A stretch of DNA of 63,204 bases, the filler included, from Vannella sp. (taxonomy: Eukaryota): NCBI GenBank assembly GCA_023345925.1. It is 7 parts of 7 records of this genome, joined end to end, with 100 filler letters (N's around TTAATTAATTAA, not from the genome) between each part and the next. Parts side by side here need not be neighbours in the genome. Positions count along the whole stretch, not along the records: positions 28,374 to 45,286 come from JAJQQN010001354.1; positions 45,387 to 52,619 come from JAJQQN010000651.1; 5 more parts are not named here. One strand, 5' to 3'. The notes under the pieces were generated by a model that saw only the letters and a list, made by a program, of their open reading frames with translations, searched no databases and was not told the DNA's origin. Shown piece after piece: positions 34,841-46,647 of the stretch; the stretch's first letter is position 1; each line of letters begins with the position of its first letter. The translations under genes were made by a program, and so were the position numbers.

Positions 34841-35926
34841 ATGGACGAGGGAACTATCATAGTCTTCGCAGTGGTTGTGGCACTGGTGGGCTTCATCCTC
34901 TCACGATTTAAGTTCTTCACGGTGGTAGAAACTGGCTCTTCTGTTGTCATGGAAAGACTGGGCAAGTTCCACAAGGTGCTTGACGCTGGAGTCCACTTCC
35001 TCATCCCCATCATCGACTCTCCCAAACGTGTCCACTGGACTCGTGTTGAGGAGTCGCGTATTGGTGCTAGTAGCGTATTAAGTAAGAAGAGCTACTTCCT
35101 CTCCGCCGTCCCCACAGTAGAACAAGTCCACGACCTTCCCGAGTTCCAATCTTCCACAAAGGACCGGATTGACGTGTACGTCAATGGTCTCATCTTCTTC
35201 CGTATCCAAGACGTGAAGAAAGCCGTGTACAACATCAACGATCTCTACGCCGCCATCGAGAACCTGGTGGAGACGGCTATTCGACAGTACACCAGCACAG
35301 CCTCTTTAGAAGAGTGCTTCGTCTCTCGTGATAAGATCACTGCACAGGTTGTTCACTCACTCAGTGACTGCGAAGACAGCTGGGGCATCAAGCTCGTTCG
35401 CTTCGACATCCAGGAGATCAAATGCTCCCCGCAAGTCCGCAAGGCCACAGAAGCCTCCGTCCTCAAGCACAGAGAGGCAGAGTCACGCCTGGCAATGGCA
35501 GAAGCAAATAAGAAAGCTCAACTCCTCGAGATGCAGGCCCAAAACGAAGTGAACTTCTCCCGAAGCAAAGCGGAAGCAGAGTTAAAGCTGAATGCGGCGG
35601 AGATGCAGCGAAAGCTAGCTGCTGTCAACCAGCAGATGGCATTGGAGGAGACAGAGAACAGCTTAAAGCAAAGGCGGATGGAACAAGAGGAGAGCAGCAA
35701 GACTTTGGTTCTTCAGTTCGAGGCAGAAGCAGAGGGTCTCAAGCGTCTGTTGCAAGTCCCTGGCATCACGATGGACTACCTTCGCCAAAGGAATCAGTTG
35801 GAAGCGTGGGCAGCGATGGCCAGCAACCCCAACAACAAGATTGTCCTTCCCTACAACTCCGTCCCCCTTCTGGGTGCTCAAGCACTGATGCATTCTCTCA
35901 CACAAGACTCTTCCAAGGAGGAGTGA
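34841..35926 (+). CDS. SPFH/band-7 (stomatin-like) protein
   Basis: N-terminal TM, VMERLGKFHKVLDAGVHFLIPIID, TKDRIDVYVNG, WGIKLVRFDIQEI and a coiled-coil tail. Confidence 0.9.
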   Translation: MDEGTIIVFAVVVALVGFILSRFKFFTVVETGSSVVMERLGKFHKVLDAGVHFLIPIIDSPKRVHWTRVEESRIGASSVLSKKSYFLSAVPTVEQVHDLPEFQSSTKDRIDVYVNGLIFFRIQDVKKAVYNINDLYAAIENLVETAIRQYTSTASLEECFVSRDKITAQVVHSLSDCEDSWGIKLVRFDIQEIKCSPQVRKATEASVLKHREAESRLAMAEANKKAQLLEMQAQNEVNFSRSKAEAELKLNAAEMQRKLAAVNQQMALEETENSLKQRRMEQEESSKTLVLQFEAEAEGLKRLLQVPGITMDYLRQRNQLEAWAAMASNPNNKIVLPYNSVPLLGAQALMHSLTQDSSKEE

Positions 35927-35972
35927 GGGGATACCTGAGGGATGGGACACACTAAAGTTCATTAAAAGGCTC

Positions 35973-38900
35973 TTATTTGAGTAACTTCCTTCCACGCGGG
36001 TTCATGCGATCGAGAAGCAGCTTGAAAAGGTCGCTTCCTAACCCATTCTTGTTCTCCAGTTCTCCGCTTCCTTCCAACAGGGCTTTGAGGAGCGAGCAAG
36101 GGGGAGCAGGACCGTGTGGGAACCGTTCAGCGCGCTGAAAAGTCTCCCGAAGTGTGAACAAGGGATTCTCTGTTCCAATAGTGGACAGTAGTTGCTTCCA
36201 ACGGTCATAAGGCTGCTCACGAAGATCAAAGCCGTGAGCGAGGAACCATTCCATCAACTGTTCCATCGACACGCACTCTCTGGGGTTGTTGATGTTGTAC
36301 GACTGGATGTCCGTTCCACCATGAGAGTGAGTTCTCTTGATGATGTGGAGTACACTTCTCGCGACAAAGTCGACGGAAGAGAGGTTCCACATCACATGAG
36401 GAGATTGTGGGAAGTATCCCATCATCGTGATGCCCTCAAGGACAAGCATCTGAACGTGCATTTGGATGAGTGAGTGATACGAGGGTGATAAGGTCTTACC
36501 AAGAAGTCTGTCGGGTTATAGTAGGATGTCTTGGAGTGGGGAGAGATGCGAGAGGGGCGGGAGATGCTGCAACGCAATCCTCGTTGGGAAGCTTGAGTGA
36601 CAAGTCTTTCAGACACCCATTTGCTCTGACTGTAACCTCCGAGTTGATCCAGCATGGGGTGGCGGTTAGAAGTAAAAGAATTCTCTTTCTCATCTTCGTC
36701 CAAGCCCGTGAGGGTTCCTGCCGTTGAGACAAAGTGAAATACTTTTGGTTTTCCAATAGAACACATGCGGAGTAGGTCCAAGGTTCCCAGTACATTCGAG
36801 GCTCTCAAAGCGGAATAGGGATAGATACTGTGAACCCAAGCCCCACAATGAACTACAATGTCAATCTCCTCACTCAGAGATCTCCAATGATCCTCGGTTA
36901 AGCCCAATAGTGGCTCCCCCAGGTCCCCACGAACAAAAGAGATCTTTTCTTCGTTCCAGTGGAGAAGGAAGGATTCGTCACCCCACGCGGCCTTCATCAT
37001 CTCTATCACCTGCTCCGGCTCTTTCCTGACAAGGCAAGTTATCTGGCTATGTGGGAAGGTAGTACGTAGCTCCTCCAACAAAGTGGCACCAAGGAAACCG
37101 GACACACCGGTGAGGAGAATTGAGGACCCATCGAGCGTTGGAAGGTCTCCTGAAAAGGTCAAAGGTACAATATCATCAGGAAGAGTGGCTTCCTTGACCC
37201 AATCTGTCTTCTCTATGACTTCAGAGTGACTTGCAATTGCATTTGTGAGGTCACTTAGAACCGCATTGGCACTTAGAAGATGAGACACATTAATGCGAGC
37301 GCCCAAGACGTCTTGAATCTGCTTGGAGAGTTTAAGAGCATTCATCGAGTCTAAGCCAAACTGAAGGAGATTCCCTCCTGACGAGGCAGCTTCATCACCT
37401 AACAGATCTCCCACGAGCTGTTTCATTGTTTGTTGGACCACACTCGACAGAATGGAACGGAATTCGTTGGGGTCAGTCTTCTCCAAGACCGTGTAGAGGT
37501 TCTCGAGCCGTTCACGGTAATGAGTTTCGCAATGAGGCCGGTTAACCTTGAAGGGGCCAGTGAGACGCTTGTTTTCAAGGGTAAAAGGCTCTGGTTCGAT
37601 AAGGATGCCCCGCACAAACTCATACGAAACAAGGCTTTGGCTTAGGCCAGCTTTGTAGAGTTCAGAGAGCAAATGCAGCTCTGTTGCTTTGTCCTTGAGG
37701 ATGTCCTCCAAAGAAGCAGGTTCTTCCGATTGCGTTTTCCACCATGAGAGAAGAGCGGCCGCGTTCGGGACGACCACTGCAAGAGGATACTCCCTGAAAG
37801 GATTGCCGTAAATGAATACTTGGTCCACTGCTGCAGATGACTGATACGCGTTCTCAATGCTCTCGGGTGCGATAAATTCTCCTTGAGCCAGCTTAAACAA
37901 GTGCTTCCGACGTGCAATGATGACATAATTGTCCTTACTGCGAAGCTCTCCGATGTCCCCGGTGCGGAAGAAGCCATCTTCAGTAAAGGCTGCCGCAGTG
38001 GCATCTGGATTATTGTAGTATTCTGCCATCATGTGCGCCTTCTTCACACAGATTTCCCCTCGAGGGTAAGGGCTATCTGTGGTGAGGTATCCCATCTCTA
38101 GTACATCGTCCAGGCGGACTTCCATTCCTTTCCTGGTGACAACTCGCCCATTATGAGTGATTCCACCGACCTCGGTGGCGCCATATCCATTAGAGACGTT
38201 AGCTCCTACTATTTCAAAGCAGTCTTGAATGAAGCGATAAACATCAGGTGCAGTAGGAGCCCCTCCTGTGGTGACCTGAGCAATGCGTTTTCCAAGAGAC
38301 TTGCTGAATGTCTTCATGACACTCAAGCGCGCTTCTTCCTCCGATGAGCCATCAGGAAGATCAGCGACTACTTTAGCTAGTTCAGACTGGAAGGAGGTGT
38401 GGAGTTGGTTCCAGAAACGGGGAATGGCCGCAAAGATGCTCGGACTCACCACTTGAATATGCTCCATAATTGAATCCATCGAGTCTTCGAACATGCCAAC
38501 TCGCCCTCCCGAGCCGAATGTTTGTCCAATGATTCGGCGGTCCATGCCGTGGGCTAAAGGACAGAAGGAGAAGGTAACGTGAGGGTCATGGTTGCTCTGG
38601 CTGTGAGAAAGATACTCTCCCCAACTGGCTTGCGAGATAACGACACCCTTTGGTGTTCCCGTAGATCCACTTGTGTACATAATCGTGAATATTGGCTCAT
38701 TTTCCGTACTCAACCCACTTGGGAGTATCTTGGTCAGTAATTGGAACGCTTGAGGGTTTCCGGAGAGGGAAAGCGTCTCTGCAGAGATTCCAATTGCTTC
38801 ACATTCGAGTTGCCCTTGGGTGAAGATCTCGTCAATCGTTGCTAGAGATAGTCCAATGGCTTCTGCTCTTCGAGTGACATCCGCACAGAAAGGTTGGAGG

Positions 38901-39888
38901 CAAATAAGAGACGATAGGCAAAGGCCCTCTTCTTTTCCGGTCTCAGCCAGTTGCAAGAACTCTTCCAGTAGCTCATATCCCTCACCAGAGACAAAAGGAG
39001 AGCATTGGACACAGCCACACGTCACTTTGGACCGATGGCGACTTCCTACCAGGACAGAAGTCAGCTGAGAGTTCCCCAGAACAGCTCTCTTTTGAGCCAA
39101 AGTGAAAGTGGTATGAATAGGAGCGGTTACCATGCCAGAGAGCGCGCTACCGAAGTCACAAATAACCCATTCCGGGCAGTTTCGAGAGCAGATGCCGAGA
39201 AGCATTCCACTGAGCTTCGTAGACATACCCTTGGTCGCTTTGGCACTTCCAAAGCCAAACAGACGGCGAGCACCGGTGCGAGAAGCTGGTTGCTCGTCAT
39301 GGGAGAGGAAGCGGCCCATTCCGAGTCCAAAGCGGATAGATTGAAGATGGACCTGCTGATAGGATAGCCACTCATAACAAGGAGTATCTTCAACGCCTTT
39401 CAGAGGGTTGGAGAACCCCAGGAAAGGGCGTCCAGCGTAGAACATGAAGGCCGTGTGCATCAAATGAGCCAAGGAGCGGGAAGCAGCTTCTGAGATGCAC
39501 TTGTGAATGTTGAAGTTGTGGAGTGTCTCCCAAGTGAGTAACGGACACTCGCTATGCAAGCCCTTGGTGTGGCAAGCCGAACAAAGGTCATATCCTGAGC
39601 AACTCCAACAGTGCCAGTGCCCTTCACTCTCCATCACATGCCCCATACACTCGTTACAATACCAGCCCATCATTGATCCAAAAGGATCCACTGCTGGCTT
39701 CCTCTTGAACAAACGGGAGCGAAAGCCGCCCGCAGCTTCCCACACGCTCGTCATCAGAAATGACTCAATTTCAAGTGCAGTCAGCCCTATCACACTCCAT
39801 CATTTCACGTTGTGGCACTTCTTCTTCTCTGTCGACCACTTCAGCAAACCGAACACATTATTGCGCGATTATTACACCATTGTCCCAT
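35973..39888 (-). CDS. Carboxylic acid reductase-like NRPS (A-T-R) with N-terminal ZZ zinc finger; exact 5' exons uncertain
   Basis: ZZ finger WYCNEC..WHCWSCSGYDLCSACH. A domain YTSGSTGTPKG, GYGATE, FRTGDIG and RRKHLFKLAQGEFIAPE. T domain GLDSM. R domain LLTGVSGFLG and GYSQSKW. Intron 36450-36499. Confidence 0.88.
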
Positions 39889-39944
39889 GAAAAGATAATA
39901 TTATTATGGGTGCGAGACTTTTCTCTCTCACTGGGACCCTTTGC

Positions 39945-41452
39945 TTATTTAAAGAGGTTTTGGAACAGGTCGTCGGCGTATTGGGGAGGCTGTTGATCGG
40001 TAGGGGCGGCAAAATCGACGAGCTTCTCGTGGACATTGAACTTGAGAACTCGATCTTTGGACAAGCGAGAATCGTACACTTTCCTCTTTTTGTTTTCGTC
40101 GCGGCTCTTCAACCAAGTCCGTGTGGCGGCCGTGGGATCCACGTCAGTATCTTGTTCCAGAAGTGACTTGAGAAGCTGCTGGTAGAACTGAGAGTCGTCA
40201 AAGATCTCTGGATCCTGGATCTTGCCGTTTTCGTCTTCAACGCTCTCTCCTTCTGCCTTGCCGAGGATCTTAGCGCCAGTAGACCGTAACTGCTGGGTGC
40301 GCTCGATCATCTTCTCTGGCGCCTGCATCACCTGATCGACTTGGGCAGTGATACTCTAGTGCTATGGGTTATGTCTTGATGGAACGACTGCCACAGATGG
40401 AGCACTCACCTGGTTGATCGCTTTGAACTTGGATTGGGAAATGCGAGTGGCCAATTGAGTCTTCTTTTGCCAGTAGTCGAACGTCTCTTCATAGAAAGAC
40501 GAAGGTGTTTGATGGAACTCGTCGATCATACTCCAATAGAATGACACAGAGTCATCCTCTTCCGTGGGGGTAAAGTGTGAGCGTTTGCGTTTGCGGGATT
40601 GCTTGGATCCGTCACTGTTAGCACTCAGGAGGCGCTCGATGTCATCAGGAACGGTCTGAGAGAGTTGGTTATGTTGTGACCGAAGCTCATAGCCCACCAA
40701 CAGGAGGGATCCGATGAGGTCTTGAAGGTGAGACGAAATGGAGGAGCTCAGTCGTTGGATCTCCGGATCGTGCTCTTGGAAGCTCCTCAGCATCTCCCCC
40801 TGTGGCAGGCGATTGGAAATCGTCAGTGATCGCTGCTCCTTGATACGCAGCTTGAGCATTTGATCAAAAATCTTCTGTTGGTTGCGAGTGTGCTTCGCCT
40901 TGAGCTTGTCTCTCTCCAGACTATTGACCAACTTGATGCCCTCTACTTTTGGCTGCTTTGTACTCGCCGCTACTTGGGCCAGAGCGTCAGCTTCCTGAAA
41001 AACGGCGTTGTGCTGAAGATCGATGAGATGGGAGGACGATCAAGAGGCTGTGGAGGGCGTACCATGCTATGAAACGCTTTGCGGTAGGTATCGTCTTCTA
41101 GTTCAAGGTCATCGTCAGACGATGAGGCTTCTCCAGAGGCGCTGTCGCCTTCTTCGTCCTCACTTGGGTTGGAGCCCATTTCTTCGTCCTCAGAGCTTAG
41201 ATCCTCTTGAGAAGGGATCCCCATCTTCTCTCTGGAGGAAGGAACACCCAGATACTTCCCCTGGGTCAGAGAGATATCCGCTCTCATCGGCAAGCGACCT
41301 TCCGCCCCCGTCGAGACGTCGTCCGTCTCCCCCAAGTGAGTCTCCACATTCGGCTCATCCCACTCCTCCTCCGGAACAGCCTCCTGCGGTGTGGGATCCA
41401 ACAAGGAAGCCCACTTGGCACTCAGTGACCCTTTCGCCTTCTTGCTGGTCAT
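39945..41452 (-). CDS. AATF: AATF/Bfr2 (Che-1) ribosome biogenesis factor, 3 exons
   Basis: GKYLGVPSSR, KAKHTRNQQKIFDQMLKLRIKEQ..NRLPQ, FKAINQ|SI..QV, EIFDDSQFYQQLLK and SKDRVLKFNVHEKLVDF (TRAUB domain). Confidence 0.9.
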
Positions 41453-41533
41453 TCAAAACCCTCAAAAAATGATTTCTTTCATAAACAAAGTTGTTTCGAG
41501 AAAATTCATTATTTTGGGGTTCTTTGTGGAAGG

Positions 41534-43081
41534 ATGGGGGCGGAGCAGTCTAAGAAGTTCCATCTGACTCCTCCGCGTATCTTCTTGCTTCGCAAGGATC
41601 ACTTTGTCTGTGGTGTCATTCACTCTGGCCGCTTGGCACAGCGCGTGACGGACGACTTCATCTGTTCGCCAGAGTATACGGTGGGAGGAACTTTGTTGCT
41701 GTCAGAGCAGATCTCGGAGGATACGGTTGCTCGTATTGATGCAGATATTGCTGTGGGGAAAGATGGAGCGCACGCCAATGGAGGAGCCTGTGTGGCCAAC
41801 AAGAACTACTTGGCTTCGGCAGAGATCTCCGGAAGAGCTTTGGAGTTAGGCTTGATGTCCACTCCCGTGGGTCTTGCGTCTGTCTTTGGAAAGATGGAAG
41901 CGCGTGCTGGAGAGGCGCCTGAACTATCTGCTGGGTTGATCATCCGCCCGACCTTCCTCTTTAACAAGGACTCTCAGCAGGAGGATCCTCTTCCTGTGAG
42001 CAACAGTGATGCACCTGGCACAAGAAGGGATCCAAATGATCTGCCTGTTAATAAGCCTCTTCCAGCAAACTCTGCCATTGGTGTAGGACCCGTGTGGAGA
42101 GCCGACCCCGCCAATTACATCCGCAGGCCCATCCGATTGGAGAGCGCGCTTCGATTGTATGCCACCAAAAAGTCGGAAGACTCGTTTGTCGGCACTCATT
42201 GTTCATTCCGTGGGGGACCCTTCTTCACAGAATTCGTGTAGGTGACTTGACTTGCTCAGTCTTCATGTTTTGGGGCAGAAATCTTACCTTTCCTTTCTGC
42301 TAGGACGGAAGCTAATACTGCCACTGGGGAGCTGAAGAAAAGCGACTTTGCAGTGAGCTTCCTTTTGGATCAGAAGCCGAATGACAAGCCGAACCAGAAC
42401 ACTGTGGGAAACCTGGAAGTGTCTCTTGCTTTGCGCAACTTTGCTGGTCTCTTTGATAACACTCCTCTGGTATGGGCCAACATGATAGGTGGGGAAGCGA
42501 ACTCATGTGGACTTGAAGGACCAGGTTGAGGTGCACCCAAGAGATGAACCCAAGTTAGCCGTCTCCTTCTACAAGCACTTGGTCGTTCCAAGAAAGATTT
42601 TGATGGCAGTGGACTCTCGCTACAAGCTGATTAGCAACTACATTGATCTTGCCTTTGAAATTGGACTCAACCCGCAGCGATTCACGTCGTCTGCTCCACC
42701 AAATTCCAATTCCCACTCTCAGAACATTCCGGTGGACATGCGTTTTGGAGCCAGTTGGCAGCTCAACAAGAACAACTTGGTGAAATTCAAGGTGGATCAG
42801 GATAGTGTTTCGTAAGCGCTCTCTCTGCAAATGGCTGAAAGTGATATCTAATGCGGATTCGCAGAACTTCCTATACCTTCAAGTGCTGGTGGCAGCCACG
42901 ATTCTCACTTAGTGGAACTTACTCTTACTCCTGGAAAACTCAGATGCCTTCGGTGGGATGGTGGGTTGTCCTGGACACAGTCGATAAGCTTGAGCATGAA
43001 GTCGCCAGTTCCACCTTCCGTGACTCGGTTGGCTACAGCGTTGTCGATTACGTGCCTGTGGAAGACGAAGAATATGTCTAA
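41534..43081 (+). CDS. Beta-barrel outer-membrane-type protein resembling plant mitochondrial OM47, 3 exons
   Basis: SFYKHLVVPR, ISNYIDLAFEI, ASWQLNKNNLVKFKV and FKCWWQPRFS; N-terminal MGAEQSKK is myristoylation-like. Confidence 0.65.
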
Positions 43082-43126
43082 TCTCTTGTGTATAAACTGG
43101 GGATAACTACAACAAACAGAGATCTT

Positions 43127-44209
43127 TCATCCAGACAGAAACGAGATTCGATCTTGAACCGGAGACTCTCCGCGGGACTGCCTCAACTGGTCCACTTGAT
43201 AAGCTGCCTCTTGATCTAGCAGGATTCTGTCTTCAGCAAAAGTCCAGATCTTCCCTTCATTGGTCCTACTGGCACAATATTCTATTCCACAGTTAGGGAG
43301 GGATTCCCTGGTGGTTTGCCTTTCAACGTACCCTTTGGCCTGCGCATGTAGTCTAAAGCATCTTCGATGACTCCATTCGTGATAATCAAGCTGTGGATAA
43401 TGACGCTGAGAGGATGTCCAGTGGAATCCTTGAGAAACTGAACAATCGACTCGATCCTTTGTTTGGGGTCTGAGGTAGCGTTGAAGTCTGGCAAACTACC
43501 TGAAACTAATTCTTTTCCTTCCTCGTCTGGGGAGGGTGAAACAGCATCTGGAAAGAGGGATTGAATGTCACCTATTTCCAGGACACTCCAGACAGTGGCA
43601 TCCCCATCCGTATCCCTGATTGCTGCTGCTGCCACCAGTTTTGGATGAATTGCTCGTAGATAACGCGTTCGCATGGACTGCCAAGGGTGCTGGGTCACAG
43701 GAGCGCCATTAATCTTCTTCCATCCATGCGCAGTGGCGGGCAGGAACCCTGCTTTGGAATGGATGAACAGGGCAATCTGGAGGTCATCCCAATTGGTATA
43801 GGTATTACGTTGTCGCGGGGCGTCCGCGTCCTCGCGAGTGGTCCTACGATGAGGAACGATCAGGTACTTTCTGAGATCTGCCAGTTCGTCACTCAATATG
43901 GTGTCAGTAACGAAGTCGATCGAATAGCAGTTGTGGGACACTCGATTGGCGATGTCCACTTCCTCATCGACCAAGGTAATGGAGTGTTTAGCCCGCGAAG
44001 CCAGAACTTCACCTCCTCCACCCTGCTCCCTTCGATTTAGTCCGCGCCTCCCCTTCTACTGATGTCCCTACAATGATGAGATCCTCTATCTGCTTCCGCT
44101 TCTCACACGGGGCAACGTAGAACACCATGGGAGTCCCATCCGAACGAACAAACGAAGTTCCCCTCACTCGTCCATCCAACCCAGCATTGCACTCCTCATC
44201 AGAGTCCAT
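43127..44209 (-). CDS. Telomere protein Rap1/TERF2IP-like (BRCT-Myb-RCT), 3 exons
   Basis: BRCT FVRSDGTPMVFYV..LII|GGGGEV; Myb YTNWDDLQI..TQHPWQSMRTRYL; RCT IIHSLIITNG..IWTFAEDRIL..DRISFL. Confidence 0.8.
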
Positions 44210-44236
44210 AATAATGCATAAGAGAAGCATTTTTTG

Positions 44237-44774
44237 ATGGCAGCGAAGCAGGAGAAGGCGGGTTACTTGCTCAAGAGGGGGGAGCTGAACAAAGCTTGGA
44301 AGGCTCGTTGGTGCAAGGTAGATGGACCGAACCTTTTGTACTATAAGAAGGTGGATAATGCGCGGCCTGTCGGCTTCATTCCTCTGGAACAGGCGGTCAT
44401 CCGTGTAGGCAACAGGGCGGGGGAGCCAGCCTTGGTCTCATTCTTGGGTTCAGAAATGTAGGGAGGATGTGGGGGAAGAGTTCTGCTTTGAAGTGGTAAC
44501 AAAGGCCCGTGTGTTCTATCTGGTGGCCAAGTCTGAAAGCGAACTAAACGAGTGGATGCACGTCCTCTCTCAGAGAACCCTTCTGCACGCGGAAAGCGAA
44601 CTTTTGGAGAAGGCTGACGCTTTGATCGGTCAGGAAGCCTATCGTCAAGCCCTTGAGGACGAGAAAAGGTTCCTTGATGGCTACAAGAAACGAAGGAAAA
44701 CGAGTAATTGGTCTCCTCGGCGCGTGGGAGACTCCCAAACCATGCGCCAGAGGATTCCCAGCACCCCTGCTTGA
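44237..44774 (+). CDS. Small PH-domain protein, 2 exons
   Basis: KAGYLLKRGELNKAWKARWC, GFIPL and FCFEVVTKARVFYLVAKSESELNEWM, with one short GT-AG intron. Confidence 0.85.
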
Positions 44775-45286
44775 TGTTGCAATTAAAGGTGTTTGTAGAC
44801 TGAACGTGGGAAAGTTTCATTGATTGATTCTGTGGACAGTTTCGAACAAGATTTTGCCCTTCACAATTTTCCACCACTGGATAACACTAAGACTCCTTTA
44901 AAGCTGATACCTTTTTCCGGCTTGGATCAGCTTTCGCGAAGCTCATTATCAAGGTGAGATCCACACAATAGGTCATTTTGGTGTTGATGGTTCAGTAATG
45001 ATGTGTGGCTCGTTCTACCCAGAGGTCGTGGAATGGAAGTAGGTCTGACAGAGCCCCAAGATCAAGATGTGATGATCAAGTCACTGTCTCTACCCACTTG
45101 GAGAAAGTATTGAGAGGCAAGCCTGTCTTGGGGCAAAGTTGCGAGTCGCCCGCATACATTGAGGAGTGGGAGCTTCAGGCTGTGCTCTCCTTGCAAAAGA
45201 AAGAAGGCACATGAGATTGAACATACATAGGAATACAAGTATCCGATTCATGGCCTAGAACGAGGGAACAAGCTCGCAGCAACAAC

Positions 45287-45386
45287 NNNNNNNNNNNNNN
45301 NNNNNNNNNNNNNNNNNNNNNNNNNNNNNNTTAATTAATTAANNNNNNNNNNNNNNNNNNNNNNNNNNNNNNNNNNNNNNNNNNNN
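45287..45386. other. Artificial contig linker
   Basis: N44-TTAATTAATTAA-N44. Confidence 0.99.
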
Positions 45387-45477
45387 AGTTACCCCGCCTT
45401 TCTACTCCAAGGAAAGAGGAAACTTGCCACGCGGCGAGCAGTGATTGGACAAAATTTATTCCTTTCGGCCTCGCTTC

Positions 45478-46647
45478 ATGCGCGCAGCCACGAGAGGAGC
45501 TTCGATAGGAGGCCTCTTCTTTGTTGCCTTTTGTGCTTCCTCCTTCCTTCTCTTAGGAGAGGAGAGCGCACCTCAGATAGTCCCCCAAACTCCGAAGGTC
45601 ACTCTCGGGTCTTCTTCACCCATTCCTCAGCCTCGTTCACCACCTCCCCAGGGCTTGTTAGCCAACTACATCAAACTACACGCAGACATCATCAGTGGGA
45701 ATGCTCCACCTCGTTTCTTGCAGTGGACTTGCCCTCCTCTCTGTCCTGGTTGGGGAGATCGCATTCGAGGGATCCTGAACACCATTGTTGTCGGGGTCCT
45801 TACCAACCGAGCAGTGTTGATTGATCAGTCTACGGTCGACTTGGTGCGCTTCTACAAGACAGACGTGATCAACTATGCCTTCGAACCCACGATCCCTCCT
45901 GACGTCTTCCACGCCTGCCATCCAGTGTACGTGTGTAGTCCATGCACAGATGACCTCCCCTCCCTTAGTCAGGGGGACCTCCCATTCATCAAAAGTAGCG
46001 GATCCAGCTGGTGCTTTGAAAAGCTAATGTCTCATCCTGTTCTCGAGGAAGCGAGGGAGCTCCTTTTCGAGGGCTTGGGTGAGCATTCGCCTTTTTGGCG
46101 TACCATCTTCTACGAAGCTTTCTTCCAGCCAACCCCACTTCTGGATTCAGCCATTGCCAGTATTTGGAACCCATCTCACAACTCCATCGGAATTCATCTG
46201 CGGACGGGACTCGTCAGCAAGGACGATTCTCAGTTACATGGAACTTTGGAGGAATATCTTACCGAAACGGCACTTTGCATAGCTAACAGAACTGAGTCCA
46301 TTTCAGGATCTTCTGTGGAAGTATTCATTGCTGGTGACAACGAAGAAGCAGTTCAAAAGATGACTGAGATCACTGGCAGTCTCCTCAGAGATAGGGGCAT
46401 CAATCTCAAAGTCCTAACAGGAGAAGCTGCAGGAATCATTGAACATGTTGCTTGGGCTTCCAATCCAGAGAGCTCCCATCAGCGATTGTTTGCTGAATTT
46501 GAAGTGTTCCGGAGGGTGGAGACGTTATTCCCAGGCAATAGTGGATTCTCCCTGATGGCTCATGTGGTGAGGCAGAAGTTTGAAAACCATAACTTTGTTC
46601 CATATCTCCAATGCCTTCCCGTTCCTGCAGAAGAAATGTATCATTAA
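45478..46647 (+). CDS. Type II membrane GT-B fucosyltransferase-like protein (FUT8/NodZ/xyloglucan FucT-like motifs)
   Basis: N-terminal TM and Pro-rich stem, then GWGDRIRG, IGIHLRTG, VFIAGDN and SGFS. Confidence 0.7.
   Translation: MRAATRGASIGGLFFVAFCASSFLLLGEESAPQIVPQTPKVTLGSSSPIPQPRSPPPQGLLANYIKLHADIISGNAPPRFLQWTCPPLCPGWGDRIRGILNTIVVGVLTNRAVLIDQSTVDLVRFYKTDVINYAFEPTIPPDVFHACHPVYVCSPCTDDLPSLSQGDLPFIKSSGSSWCFEKLMSHPVLEEARELLFEGLGEHSPFWRTIFYEAFFQPTPLLDSAIASIWNPSHNSIGIHLRTGLVSKDDSQLHGTLEEYLTETALCIANRTESISGSSVEVFIAGDNEEAVQKMTEITGSLLRDRGINLKVLTGEAAGIIEHVAWASNPESSHQRLFAEFEVFRRVETLFPGNSGFSLMAHVVRQKFENHNFVPYLQCLPVPAEEMYH

Noticed and set aside
44880..45286. Possible 3' remnant of a gene at the contig end
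   Set aside because: No consistent spliced reading frame or motif could be established.
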